NCBI RefSeq assembly: GCF_006345805.1
Contig: NC_043006.1
Coordinates: forward strand, 39,556,001-39,620,000
Source: Octopus sinensis
Taxonomy: Eukaryota
Length of the DNA: 64,000 bases
Direction: 5' to 3'
The notes beneath the pieces are model-generated. The model was not told the origin of the DNA and made no database searches. It saw only the letters and a list, made by a program, of their open reading frames with translations. A program made the translations under genes and the position numbers. Shown here piece after piece: positions 13,044 through 26,554 of the stretch; within the stretch, counting starts at the first letter, position 1, and each line of letters starts with the position of its first letter.

Positions 13044-13105
<62 letters not shown>

Positions 13106-13180
13106 TCACTGCCAAGAATCGAACTCAGAATCGTGGGGTTAATAGCCTGCGCTCTTAACCACTACACCATATGCCCGTGG
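12894..13180 (-). mobile_element. tRNA-headed SINE with internal (AAT)n and 3' hammerhead ribozyme, copy 1
   Basis: Minus strand: A-box-like TGGTGTAGTGGTTAAGAGCG, B-box-like GAGTTCGATTC, then (AAT)n, then CTGATGA...GAAACGTT. Confidence 0.8.
12939..12984 (-). ncRNA. Type I hammerhead ribozyme (minimal, palindromic stem III)
   Basis: gacac-CTGATGA-A-ggctg gagggtatat cagcc-GAAA-C-GTT-gtgtt: 5-bp stem I, 5-bp stem II, canonical core. Confidence 0.8.
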
Positions 13181-13284
13181 GCTTTTTTATTCTTTATTTT
13201 TTATGTTAATTTTTTAGATGGAGTTTCTCTACATATCTGAATTGCAGTCTAATGGCGGCTCCGTACTGATTAGATAATACAGTT

Positions 13285-13461
13285 GTATATTTAAGAGATG
13301 ACGAATTATGTCCATTATATACGTTATTTACATTTGATGAATAATTGTCCTCATCTTGTTTGTTGTTAACACAACGTTTCGGCTGATGTACCCTCCAGCC
13401 TTCATCAGGTGTCTTGGGGAATTTTCGAACCTGGGTTCTCATTCCTAAGATATTTTTCGAT

Positions 13462-13503
<42 letters not shown>

Positions 13504-13598
13504 TTTATTATTATTATTATTATTATTCAGGTCACTGCCTGGAATCGAACTCGGAATCTTGGGGTTAGTAACACGCGCTCTTAACCACTACGCCATAG
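13285..13598 (-). mobile_element. tRNA-headed SINE with internal (AAT)n and 3' hammerhead ribozyme, copy 2
   Basis: Same architecture as copy 1 with scattered substitutions; head TATGGCGTAGTGGTTAAGAGCG...GAGTTCGATTCC. Confidence 0.8.
13368..13413 (-). ncRNA. Type I hammerhead ribozyme (minimal, palindromic stem III)
   Basis: gacac-CTGATGA-A-ggctg gagggtacat cagcc-GAAA-C-GTT-gtgtt; differs from copy 1 only in the stem II loop. Confidence 0.8.
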
Positions 13599-13679
13599 AA
13601 CTGTATTGTCATACTATTAGTATCCTGTGCTTAAGCAAGCTATTACATTACATGCACTAACACACTTACATGTATCTGT

Positions 13680-13686
13680 GTGTATA

Positions 13687-13725
<39 letters not shown>

Positions 13726-14075
13726 TTATGAATAACCAATCTTATTATATATATATATATATATATAATAAGATTGGTTATTTCATAATAAACACATTCA
13801 TTTTCTCACGTACACATATATGGGGATATACACACCCGTGTGAGTGTGTGTGTCACATTATTAGTATGCTACATGAGAATAACATACAGTGTCTCAAGCA
13901 GTGTTCATTAACATTAAAACGGACGAATATATAGTTTTACAAAGAGAATAAAGTAGCAACAGACACGAATTATACATCATGAAATATAGCATAATAAAAC
14001 GGCAAGAAAATAAGTCGGAGATAAATATCCCGATAAAGCATAGCATGAAATAACCAAACTTATGTGTATCTGTAT

Positions 14076-14129
<54 letters not shown>

Positions 14130-14461
14130 CACAGATGTATATTATATAATATATATGTATATACAGACATATATATTTGCATACATAAATACAAATTTAT
14201 ATATAACTATATATGTTTTTATATAAATGTGCTCTATATATATATAGATATATATATATATATCTATATATATATATATATATGTATATGCGTGTATGTA
14301 TGTAAAATAAGTATATATATGGAATATGTATATGTAGATATTATGTATAAACAGACATATATATTCGCATGCATATATACATACAATATATATTATGCCT
14401 ATATATGTATTTATAAATGTGCGTATATATATATATATTATATATATATATATATTATATA

Positions 14462-14502
<41 letters not shown>

Positions 14503-14510
14503 TATATGAG
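13680..14510. repeat. (TA)n-dominated microsatellite field
   Basis: Direct sequence. Confidence 0.9.
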
Positions 14511-15526
14511 CATAAACTAAACAAGTTTTTTTTTATCGCACATTATGATAAGAGTAGGTATATAATGTAATTTAATAATTTCCTATTTCATTTATAAATG
14601 CTACAATAAAAAAAAAAAGAACAGTAGGTAGAAAATTTGCGATATTTTGATGGAAAACTGTTAAAACTATAATATTCTCATATTATTATCAGTATGGAAT
14701 TTACTGTCACGCACATACTCACTTCGTATGGATGCATATATATAAATATAGATTAATAATTTCTTTCTATATTTTTGGCATGCTCCTTCTCTATGTCTCA
14801 CTCTCTCTAACGCTTCCGTATATTTCTGATTTTGGTTTGGTCTTGTTCTTTGTGATGAGTACGTTGACATAAAGGAAGCCAAAAAAAAAAAAGAATGTCA
14901 GCGAGTGTGTGAATGTGAGTAAGTGGGCTGGCAGTTACACACACTTGTGAAAGAAATTGAGCACCTCCTGACCACGCTAGTCTGAGATATAGCGCTATCA
15001 TTCCTTAATATATTTTCAAGAAGAATTGGGAAAATTTAGAGCAACAGATTCAGACTACAGGATAATTATGAAATAGTGAAAAGAAACTCAAGAATGTATC
15101 ACATGAAATGAACACACGTCAAAACACCTATCTAGAGTAAACTACCATAATTTTTTCTGCAAGCCAAACACACCGATTGCTTCTGCAGCCGAACTAAAAA
15201 CAACAAATATGAGAGTAGTAATTGATACGATAATACCTGGGAAAGAAGATAGAGTTTGTGATTTCGAAAAAAATGAATATGCGACTCAGACGAAATGGCG
15301 AAAAAACAAACTGGTATATTACTTGCAAATCTGTTCGGTAAGGTAAACAGGCATTGAGAGAACTCATTCGAGCGGTAATAAGATACACACCAGTGTTACT
15401 ATATTGGTCCACTGTTATTTGCGTGTCTTTTACGGAATTTTGTCATAAATGTACCTAGAATTATTTAGATAATTTGTTTCATTTCTCTCTCTCTCACTAT
15501 ATAATATATATATATATATATTATAT

Positions 15527-15617
<91 letters not shown>

Positions 15618-16382
15618 TATATAAAGGGCTAGTAAAATAAATTACTTGCCGCATACTGAACTCATTAGAAATAGTAGCTAAAAAAACTTTTTTAAACTAT
15701 TTCTAATACTTAAAGAAACCTCTCTCATATAGTGTTTGCTCAATTCAACTCACGAAAGTATGGGGGTAAAGACATTAAAAAATCAAATGCAATTATTTGA
15801 GAACGTCGTTTCAAGATTAGTCCAACTCGACATTTCTATCATCAGCTCGAACTCCTTGGTTTGGATTTGAAAACACTGAAAGTGGGAGCATACCCTTTCG
15901 GCTTCTTATCGCTTCTGAAGATCTGCTCGAAACTAACAGTGCCAGCAAACTCAAATATGCAAGCGCAGAATTTCTGCTCTCCCCTTTCCACCAGGCGTGG
16001 GTTAAATCAGTAAACACTATGCTTTTTTCGGTAAAATCCGAGGCATTAAATAGAGAGAGATGAATTATAATTTCAACAATTGAGGGTAAAATTATTAATT
16101 ATTAATCAATTTCACCAAGTATTCAATATATATATATATATGTATGTATGGCATGTTGTGTGTTATATATTTATGTACATATATGTATGTACATATATAT
16201 ATATATATATGTATGTACATATATACATATATATATATATGTACATATATACAATACATATACATACATATATATATATATATATAATATATATATGTAT
16301 GTATATATGTATGTATGTATATGTATGTATATATGTATATATATATATATGTATGTATGTATGTATATGTGTATATATATAT

Positions 16383-16417
<35 letters not shown>

Positions 16418-16438
16418 ATATATATATATATATATATA

Positions 16439-16815
16439 GTGTGTGGCACTCCGTCGGTCATGACGACGAGGGTTCCAGTTGATCCGATCAACGGAACAGC
16501 ATGCTAGTGAAATTAACGTGCAAGTGGCTGAGTACTCCACAGATACGTGTACCCTTAACGTAGTCCTCGGGGAGATTCATCGTGACACGGAGTGTGACAA
16601 GTCTGGCCCTTTGAAATATAGGTACAAGAGAAACAAGAAGAAAGAGTGAGGGAAAGCTGTGGTGAAAGAGTACGGCAGGGTTCGCCACCACCACCCCCCT
16701 GCAATGAACCTCGAGGAGCTTCAAGTGTCTTCGCTCAATAAATACTCACAACGTGAAACCGCGATCCTACGTCCGCGAATCCGCTCCCCTAACCATTGGG
16801 CCATTGCGTCCCCAC
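16439..16815 (-). mobile_element. tRNA-derived SINE (family C), near full length
   Basis: Minus-strand head gtggggacgcaatggcccaatggttagggg...cgcggtttc; related to 36745-36932. Confidence 0.7.
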
Positions 16816-16829
16816 TATATATATATATA

Positions 16830-16972
16830 CATATAAGACGGATGACTACTAAGTGGACATCCATTATGCTACAAGTAGACCCCCTATGGTCTTACCTTTC
16901 TTAGTGGTAAGACCATAGGGTGTCGACTTCTAGCATAATGGATGTCCACTTAATGGTCATCCCTCTTATATG
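16830..16972. mobile_element. 143-bp hairpin MITE-like element
   Basis: 67-bp arms (16830-16896 / 16906-16972) with few mismatches and a 9-nt loop, in a TA context. Confidence 0.75.
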
Positions 16973-17115
16973 TATGTAGTATAATTTTTCTGAATCTTCA
17001 GATTTTTCAATACGCTAGACCACTGGTTTTAAATTGATATTAATGAAATTAATATTCAATTTTTCACCCTTATTTTAAATTTATATACATACATACATAC
17101 ATATATGTATATATA

Positions 17116-17146
<31 letters not shown>

Positions 17147-17350
17147 CATATACACATATATGTTTATGCATGTATACGTACTTATATTCAAATGAATACA
17201 CTTAGATATAGAGGCATACAAACAATACCATACCTGTATGTGCTTCATATAAATGCACCTAGACATGTGCATATGTTAAATGCACATGCGTGTTATATAG
17301 GTATGTATATATGCATACAAATATATAAAAAATACATGTACATAACGATA

Positions 17351-17585
17351 TATTTCTTTACTACCCACAAAGGCTAAACAGAGAGGGGACAAACAAGGAC
17401 AGACAAACGGATTAAGTCGATTACATCGATCCCAGTGCGCATCTGGTACATATTTAATCGACTCCGAAAGGATGAAATGCAAGGTCGACCTCGGCGGAAT
17501 TTGAACTCAGAACGTAACGGCAGACGACATACCGCTAAACGCATCGCCCGGCATGCTAACGATTCTGCCAGCTCGCAGAGCTATG
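17351..17585 (-). mobile_element. tRNA-derived SINE family A, long-tail variant
   Basis: Matches copies at 50182 and 54576; flanking direct repeat cat(a/c)acgata (17341-17350 / 17586-17595). Confidence 0.9.
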
Positions 17586-17779
17586 CATCACGATATAGAG
17601 ACACATACATATAGATGTATATATCTATGTATATATTTCTTTTCTTGCGAAAGCATTCAGTTGTAAATTAGTTGCGGGACAGTATGCGGACAACTGAGAC
17701 TCTTACAATACATCCCCCTGGTAAAATTATTCTAATGTAAAAAAAAGAAGAGAATGCAACTAGGAGTTGTCGGATCTCG

Positions 17780-17960
17780 GCAATGTTAATCTGGATAATT
17801 ATTTCAAACCATTGCTGACAAAATATAACTTCTTTTCGACAATCGATATTTGCAGGAAGCAAACATTACCATTAGCAGAGAACATTTTATAAAGTGCACA
17901 GGCACGATCAATATGACATGAACTTACTGATGAACGCGACGTAAATCGTGTGAAACGAAA
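17780..17960 (+). mobile_element. Possible PLE 3' end followed by a degenerate hammerhead (17927-17956)
   Basis: EHFIKCTGTIN-stop resembles PLE C-termini; then CTGATGA-acgcga cgtaaa tcgtgt-GAAAC with a non-NUH triplet. Confidence 0.4.
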
Positions 17961-18591
17961 AGATATGTAAGAGGACGGATATAGCTATGGATACGAGACG
18001 GGGGGTGAAATATTACGTTACGGTTCACTAAAGTTTGACATGCGCCTTACATTAGTGTATGTAAGGGTCAGTTATAGACTTCATTCAATCGCATCATCGA
18101 TCCATGCGTTGAAGCAATAAAGTTAAACGGTTATACTATACCATCGAGCGACGGTTTGCTAATACGCAAACACTAAAACACATATAGTTGTATACTTGTT
18201 TTGATATACATACATACATAACTATGTTTGATGTACAGCTAAACACACACACACGCAAAGACACACACACACATACACACACACATATACATATATATCA
18301 ATAAAGAGAGAGAGAGAGAGAGAGACGCACATATATGCCCCGTGGATACTGTTTTGAAAGTCATTAAGCCTGCTATTGTAAATATCCCTAACATTAACGT
18401 TTGGCGCTATTTTTGAATTCGTATTGCGGCGTTTCAATTTCATAGCAATTTAATCTATAATACAAAGTACGATTGCATATATACACATATATATATATAT
18501 ATACATATATATATACATATCTATATATATATATATATTTACATAAACATACACACACACATATACTACTATACATAAGCATATATACATA

Positions 18592-18637
<46 letters not shown>

Positions 18638-18655
18638 CATGTACACACACACACC

Positions 18656-18707
<52 letters not shown>

Positions 18708-19214
18708 ATATATATATGAATATTGTTCATACAGGCATTCATATCTAATTCTAAACGCTGTTGCTGATCATATTTTACTCTCCACAATAATATTTTTTAA
18801 TATTATTCCCGTTGTTATCGTTGTTGTTGCTGTAGCTGTTGGTTTCTTGTAACAGTCGAGATTTTCATTTTTTCCCCCTTCCTTATCCATTTTTTTCTGC
18901 TTTCCTAATTTCCATGTTGGTGCCTATATGATTCCTTTTGGTGCTTCTTATTCTTCTGTTACTATTATTAGTATAATTATTTTTTCTGTTATTGCCGTTT
19001 ATTATTCTTGCTGTTGTTCATTTCTTCTTTAAGTTCTTTTTTTTTTTTTGCTTTACTAGTAGACATTCATCTTCTTATATGTGATATTACGTTTGGTGTT
19101 ATTAGTTCCTCCCATGGGTGTTGTTATTGATGGTCGTGTATTTTTGCCTCTCTTGTTGTTGTTGCTATTGTTGTTGATGTTGTTTGCTAGCTTGTGTTAA
19201 TAATCTGTCTCAGA

Positions 19215-19236
19215 TATACGCTGTTGCTATTTATTG

Positions 19237-19278
<42 letters not shown>

Positions 19279-19338
19279 TATTATTATTATATTATTATTA
19301 TCATCATCCTCATCCTAACCATCATTGTTATTATTGTT

Positions 19339-19372
<34 letters not shown>

Positions 19373-19400
19373 ACAATATTATCATCACCATTGTTATCTC
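19215..19400. repeat. (ATT)n/(CAT)n triplet microsatellite
   Basis: Direct sequence. Confidence 0.95.
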
Positions 19401-19807
19401 CCCGTTATTAATGTCGCCGACGTTGGAGTTGTTTATTTTATCCCACTGCACTCACACTTGTTATTGCGCATGCATTGTTGATATCGAAGAGGTGATAGGA
19501 AATAAATACACACTTGTATATATACATACATACATACATATATACATATATATATGCATAATATTGCTATGAATGATTTGATATATTAGTATGGAGTTAG
19601 CAACGCATCAAGCCTGCAGCATTAATCTTCCCTATATCCAGCACTTATTTTCTTATATTTACTTTCGATACATACAAATATATATATACATACCTTGTTC
19701 CGTTTTTTTTAAGTATTCCCTACCCGCGTTTATATCTTTCGACTTTGTCAGACTGCCAATGGCTGGAAAATTGATTTTAGCTATTTTGTTTTCACCAGCA
19801 TTATACA

Positions 19808-19838
<31 letters not shown>

Positions 19839-20069
19839 GAACATTCATATGTGTGTGTATGTCCCTGTGTGTTTACATGTGAAAGTGCGTGTTCGTATGT
19901 GTGCATATACGTGCGTATATATGTATGTATGTATATGCACAGTCCAGTTGGTGTAGATGTATAGAGAGCTACGTTTCCCACTGTGTTGTGACAAAGAGAG
20001 ATAAGCTACAATATTAAGGGCAGCATAAGAAGAGGAAAAAGTTGTTAAAGTGTATAAGCTAACTATATA

Positions 20070-20795
<726 letters not shown>

Positions 20796-20943
20796 AATTG
20801 TGCGTGAGCTCCAGATTAAGTTACTTCTATATTCAATGCAATTATTCATGAGATATTTTTTATTTCTCCGTCAGCATTCTTTGCATGTAATTTTATGTAT
20901 TTTGTATAACACAGACACATACACACACACATATATTTACATA

Positions 20944-21034
<91 letters not shown>

Positions 21035-21779
21035 CACATATATTTACATATATATGTATATATATATATATATATATATGTACGTATGTAAGTAAATATA
21101 TATGTGTGTGTGTGTGTATGTGTGTGTGTGTATATATATGAATATATATGTGTATATATACACATATATATTTAGACATACCTATATATATATTTAGTGG
21201 TAGAGAGAGAAAGAGAGAGGAAGTTTGATAGATATATATATTAACACAATTTATTTCCATCCATTATATATATACGTTAAAAAAGCAGACTCTATATGTG
21301 TGCGGATGTCGTTTGCCCTATCTGCTACTACATATTATATATATATATATATATATATATGCGTATACATATATTCTTACACACAGCTAGACACAGGCGC
21401 CCGCGTACCCAGATGGGTAGGCATACACACGCACTCTCTGATTCCTATTCTGCTGTGTACATTTTGATATGCATTTGTTTTTACAGAACGATGGTCATTA
21501 TTTGCATATACCCTATGTAATTTCTTTATTAATCACTCTCCATCTTTTTCTTCTGTTCTCTGGTTCACTTCCCCTCTGTCAACAGACATACACACACATA
21601 CAAACACACACACACACACAGACTAACGCACATACCCATCCCCATTACACACTCAAACACACACAAAGAAACTAATTTATGGATGTTTTTACTTCTCTAA
21701 GTTTCAGTCCAAGGAAGGCAGCCATGCTGGCGCACCCCCTTTTACCTTCCAACACTTTCACTAAACATTTTTTAGTGGA

Positions 21780-22075
21780 TGAGGGAGTTTGATGTCACTG
21801 CTTGATCTGTGTTTCTTGCCTAGAGGTAAGTTCATACAGAACTCTTGACAGAGGGAGATATAGTTTTTGTTTTGAAAAACCTACACCCACGTCATGCAGA
21901 TCTCTCAGACCTTGTGGGAGTATATTGAAGAGTTGTAGGCCTTTGAACCAAATTCCTGCAGTATCTGGTTCTGTATCCTGATGGCAATGTTGGGACCCTT
22001 GGTACCATGGAGTAGCGCCTGTCTTTTTTTTTATTTCGATGGCAATATTTACAAATATCTGGGACTGCAACAGCA
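21780..22075 (-). mobile_element. 3' fragment of CR1/L2-group LINE ORF2
   Basis: ORF 21795-22079 has FKGLQLFNILPQGLRDLHDVGVG..KQKL..LSRV; homologous to 54310-54565. Confidence 0.7.
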
Positions 22076-22079
22076 ACAA

Positions 22080-23230
22080 AAGTTTCTCCGACTTACTCCA
22101 ATCTAGTCATGGAATACATGGATGTCCAGATATATGAACAATCTGAATTAAAATATTGCTTGAACTTCCACAAATATCTACTAGAAAACTGGAAACCTTA
22201 CTTAGATGACTGCCTAATCCTATGGGTGCACACATTTGAACATCTTATAGATTTCAAAATTCTAATCAACCGCATAAACAATATTGATTTCGCCATGGAA
22301 TGCAGTGAAAATCAACTACCATTCCTGAATATACTAATCATCGAAAGCGATAGAAACATTCAAATAGATATTCACTACAAACAAGCAGATTCTAAACAAT
22401 TCTTCTTGTTCTCCTGATGCTATCCCAAACACACGAAGAATAATATTCCCTTTAATCTAGCAAGAAAATTATGCATTATTGTCTCAAAATCTGAAACATG
22501 CAATAAAAGACTCCGTGAACTAAAACAAGTACTCCTTAAAAGACAATACCCATTAATCTTAATAGTCAACGGGAAAGAACGTGCCAAAGCAATAAATATC
22601 GAAAAACTATGAAAAACGAAAAACGCACCTGATACCTCCAATACTCTATCCTTTGTAACAACATACAAACCAAGTAACACGGAGGTTAACTATATTATCC
22701 GCCAGAACATCCCACTACTATAACAAGAACCAAGAATGAAACATATATTCGAAATACACAAAATAATCAAAAGTAAAACATAAACAAAGTCCCTTAAAAA
22801 TTCTTCACGTGTGCTAAATTACTTTACACAATTCCGACGCCAACAGTCAAAAAGTGTGGCCATCAACTTTATTGAAGGCACAACATACAAATTCAAACTA
22901 GGACAGATTTTTACCGTAAAACATCACTTTATATGTTCTTCAAGGAATTTAATATACGTTATTAAATGTCAAGGATGTAACGAAGATTACATAGGTCAAA
23001 TAAAGCTTACTCTAAGAAATTGACAGATCATTCACCGACAACAAATACAAGACCTCAGTACTAGACAGATTCCACTGAGTGGACACAGCGATGTATGTGC
23101 AAAAAATAAGTCCTCCAAACTCCAGGATTTCCCACTACTTACGTTCAGCATATACCACAAATGGGACACGGATAAACAAAGAAAATACATTCATACGAAA
23201 ATACAAACCTAGACTTAACAAACTTTAACA
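22080..23230 (+). mobile_element. Penelope-like element 3' half: RT C-terminus plus GIY-YIG endonuclease (pseudogenised)
   Basis: YLDDCLILW, FAME.SENQLPFLNILI, NIPFNLARKLCIIVS, CSSRNLIYVIKCQGCNEDYIGQ, and terminal KEN.FIRKYKPRLNKL-stop. Confidence 0.9.
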
Positions 23231-24482
23231 GTGTACATACACAAATAACTATTCACACACAAAACTCATTCTGTTACTTAACATGAGGAACCTTCACAGC
23301 TAAGAACCTAACCTTTAGCCACTGGACAACATACAAACGACTCCTGTCTATTCTCCCACCAGGCAGATTAAATCTGAAGTGCCTTGTTTGTAACTAAACA
23401 TGTTCGCCCAACCGCGTCGGCCTTCATTTTAGGCGCAAAGTATACTGACACATGACACTAATACACAGACGTAGTGGAAAACGTACAAATACTTGGCAGA
23501 AAACATTCAGAGCATTGATTGTATGGAAATGTTCAGTTAACCATGTCAGCCTTCTCTTATTACGTGAAACATCGTCACTTGATACTAACACACAAACGTA
23601 GTGGGTAACCTATAATTTCTAAGCCCAGTCATGTGACTACCCTCAACCAATGAAATCCTATTTAAATCATACTAATTTGAGCCATGAACTCCTTATAAAA
23701 ATAGGACAAGTTTCAAACACTAGTCAGATGCAAAAAAGCTGCGACATAAGACACGTCTTTCTATTCGAACCTTTTGAAATTCAGTGTAAACTGTGAAACC
23801 AGTTAAAGCTTTAAATATACCAATAAAAATTATTTTAACTATTCTCATTGCATTTTCGACTTCTATTCTCCTATATATACATATAATAAATTCAATACAA
23901 GGAAGAACAATTTCCTTTACAGGGATGGAAAAAAATCCAATTTTTCACTGGCTTTTAGGTCAACACCCAATATGGTAGAGTAAAACTTTCACAATCCCAA
24001 AGGTCATATATTCAATAAACAAAAAGAAGGCTATGGAAATGTGTGATTGACATATTTTAAATATAATTTATTGACATAATACTATATTACAATAAAAAAA
24101 TACACAATATAAAATGAATAGAAGTACAAATATTAATCCTGCATTCCCAATAAGGAATGTATAAAAAAATTCATATTCTTGGGTATGAGTCTCTTCAGGG
24201 AAATATTTGATAAAAAAAAAAAAATTACATATAAGGATTGTTAGGTTGGTGTAACACTGAGGTTCTGGTGATCTGATGGGGCTACTTCTATTTTTTTATT
24301 TTTTTTTTGTATGGAATTGTGCATATATAATTTTGTTGTATAATACAAAGCATGGAAATTAATGCAAACATCTAAGCATGATTTTTTTCACCACTGAATT
24401 TACTACATCATGAAGAAGGCTGCGCAACTGCCGAAAGAAATCCTGACGATATCAAGTACTTAATTATATATATATATTAATC

Positions 24483-25760
24483 CAGTGGTTCCCAAACTTT
24501 TTTCCTCGCGGTGAACTTTACAAGAAGTCAAAATATTTTTGTGCACTTGGTACATAAATTCTAAAATTTATTCAAAAAGTGTTTTATACAAACAGGGGTT
24601 GAAGAAAATAATGGAAATACCTTAAAATTTCAAACAAATTAATTTTAATATAGGGTAGGACCGCCTTTGGCAGTAATTACAGCTTGAATTCTACGAGGTA
24701 TGGACTCGTACAAAGTTTGAATTGCTTCCAAAGTCTCCAGTTCTTGTAGTGATTATGGTAAAGGATATCGACCTCTTACAATCATTTCAACTATCTCAAA
24801 TGGACGCGACTTGAGCCTTTTCGGAAGTATTATATCCTGTTTTCAAAATAGTTTCTTTGTATAGACTGCTGTTCTTGCAGTCTTTAGAAATAATTCAGAT
24901 CTTTACAGTGAAAATGTGAGTACTTAGTTGTACAATGTCTTTTCTACTTGCTGGGCAATATGACTTCGTTAGACATCTTTTCACCACAAAAAACACAGAG
25001 GAAGAGATTGATCCTCATTGCCAGTTCAATGAAACCCAAAATCTAAATAGCTATTGCAATATTTACGATTGAGTCGTGCTTTCGCATTATTATCACTACA
25101 TTTACTTGCTTTTAACGAGCGTTCAATTTCAGATTCATAATCGTCATGGTTAACTTTACCATTTTATGAATAATTTAGTTTGTTAATATGAATTGCATCG
25201 CACAAAGAGCACAGATTAGTAAGTGTGTCAAACAGACTGAGACAAGTGACCAGTGAGCTGTGAAAGTGGCAGCGTGTCACATATTTTCGAACTCTTTTGA
25301 GAAGTCTTTCAAAATTAATTGAAAAGATGAAAATTCTCGCCACTATATGAATGAAAAAAATTGAAACACAGCCGCAATATATGAAGACGTATTAAAATAT
25401 TTAGTTCAAGATCGTATATTTTAGATCAATAGTTTATTTTTCACACTTATGGAAACTGCTGAGGCTACGACCGAAATAAACTGAAACATAATCGTGCGCT
25501 GAATATGTCCATAAAACGTCAATTTTGAGGATAGAGTGATGTTAATTTAATTCTTATTCTTCTGAAATTTCAGATCCAAAGTTGAATGACACTGTCATAC
25601 CATGATTAGCCTAAATGAATTGAATGGCACAATCACCTCTCATTCTTAGTTTACAAATTCGAATTTAATTCGGTATCTATTTTTCATATTTTGAAATATA
25701 ATATTACTTTTTCGACGCACACCTAATTACATCTTGCGGTGCACGGTTTGGGAACCATTG
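24483..25760 (-). mobile_element. Internally deleted hAT-Charlie transposon
   Basis: TIR cagtggttcccaaac / gtttgggaaccattg; degenerate 8-bp TSD; minus-strand remnant RKYCNSYLDFGF..GNEDQSLPLC..CGEKMSNEVILPSK.KRH (Charlie BED-finger N-terminus) at ~24835-25080. Confidence 0.8.
24593..24830 (-). mobile_element. Tc1-family transposon 3' fragment nested in the hAT element
   Basis: Minus strand LEAIQTLYESIPRRIQAVITAKGGPTLY-stop (classic Tc1 C-terminus) and TIR-like caggggttgaagaaaataatggaaatacc. Confidence 0.85.
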
Positions 25761-25906
25761 CATTAGCCTTTTATACCTGCCGACTTTCTATGGTTTACAC
25801 ACGCGTGCGCGCGCAAACACACATTCAACTGCATGGGGAAAATCTAATGAAACCATAAAGAGTGAACATGCTTCATCGGCTTACTACAAGGAACATACTC
25901 AACACT

Positions 25907-25952
<46 letters not shown>

Positions 25953-26554
25953 CGTTATTTATAGGATTTCATATGAATCAGGGTATTTTTTATATCAAGG
26001 ACACAAAGTGAGGCTCGAGATATTCATACCTGCATATATGCCACAAATATACACATTCATACGTACCCATAGATATTGCGACATATCCATACAGTTACAC
26101 ATACATGTACATGCACATCAAACATACACATACCTATAAATGTACATGTAAATGAAATTATATACTCATACACGCATGCAGTTTCACTATCCAATGTATG
26201 GTCCAGATGCAACAAAGTGCAAGTTCCATATACGCTGTGGAATTTACTTAAGAAAACAAATTGGTTAAATGTTCACTACACCTGTTACAGACGCGTTTAC
26301 TATTAAATTGCATCATTCTATCCGATTGTAAAAGTTGTATTTTTATTGATATTTTTCCTCTTTGCTTTTTTATTGTTTGTTTCCCATCTGTTTTTGAAAT
26401 TTCAATAGATGAATGCGTACAATCTTTGTACAATAAGAAAATAATCCACGATAATTAACACTGAGCAAAGATTACATATGGCGTGTATATATAACGATTT
26501 GCTGGATCAATAACGACCCAAATATATCCAAGTTATACATACATACATACTTTT

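Noticed and set aside
13101-13176. tRNA gene call for the SINE heads (also families A-D)
   Set aside because: Acceptor stems are not closed and the heads run into SINE bodies; they are tRNA-derived, not tRNAs.
15915-15933. CTGAAGA-tctgctc-GAAAC
   Set aside because: Could be an HHR with the 5' arm of stem II deleted, but stems I and III are absent; too decayed.
24405-24452. catgaagaaggc...gccgaaag hammerhead-like remnant
   Set aside because: Core C/U and stem III are mutated; suggestive only.
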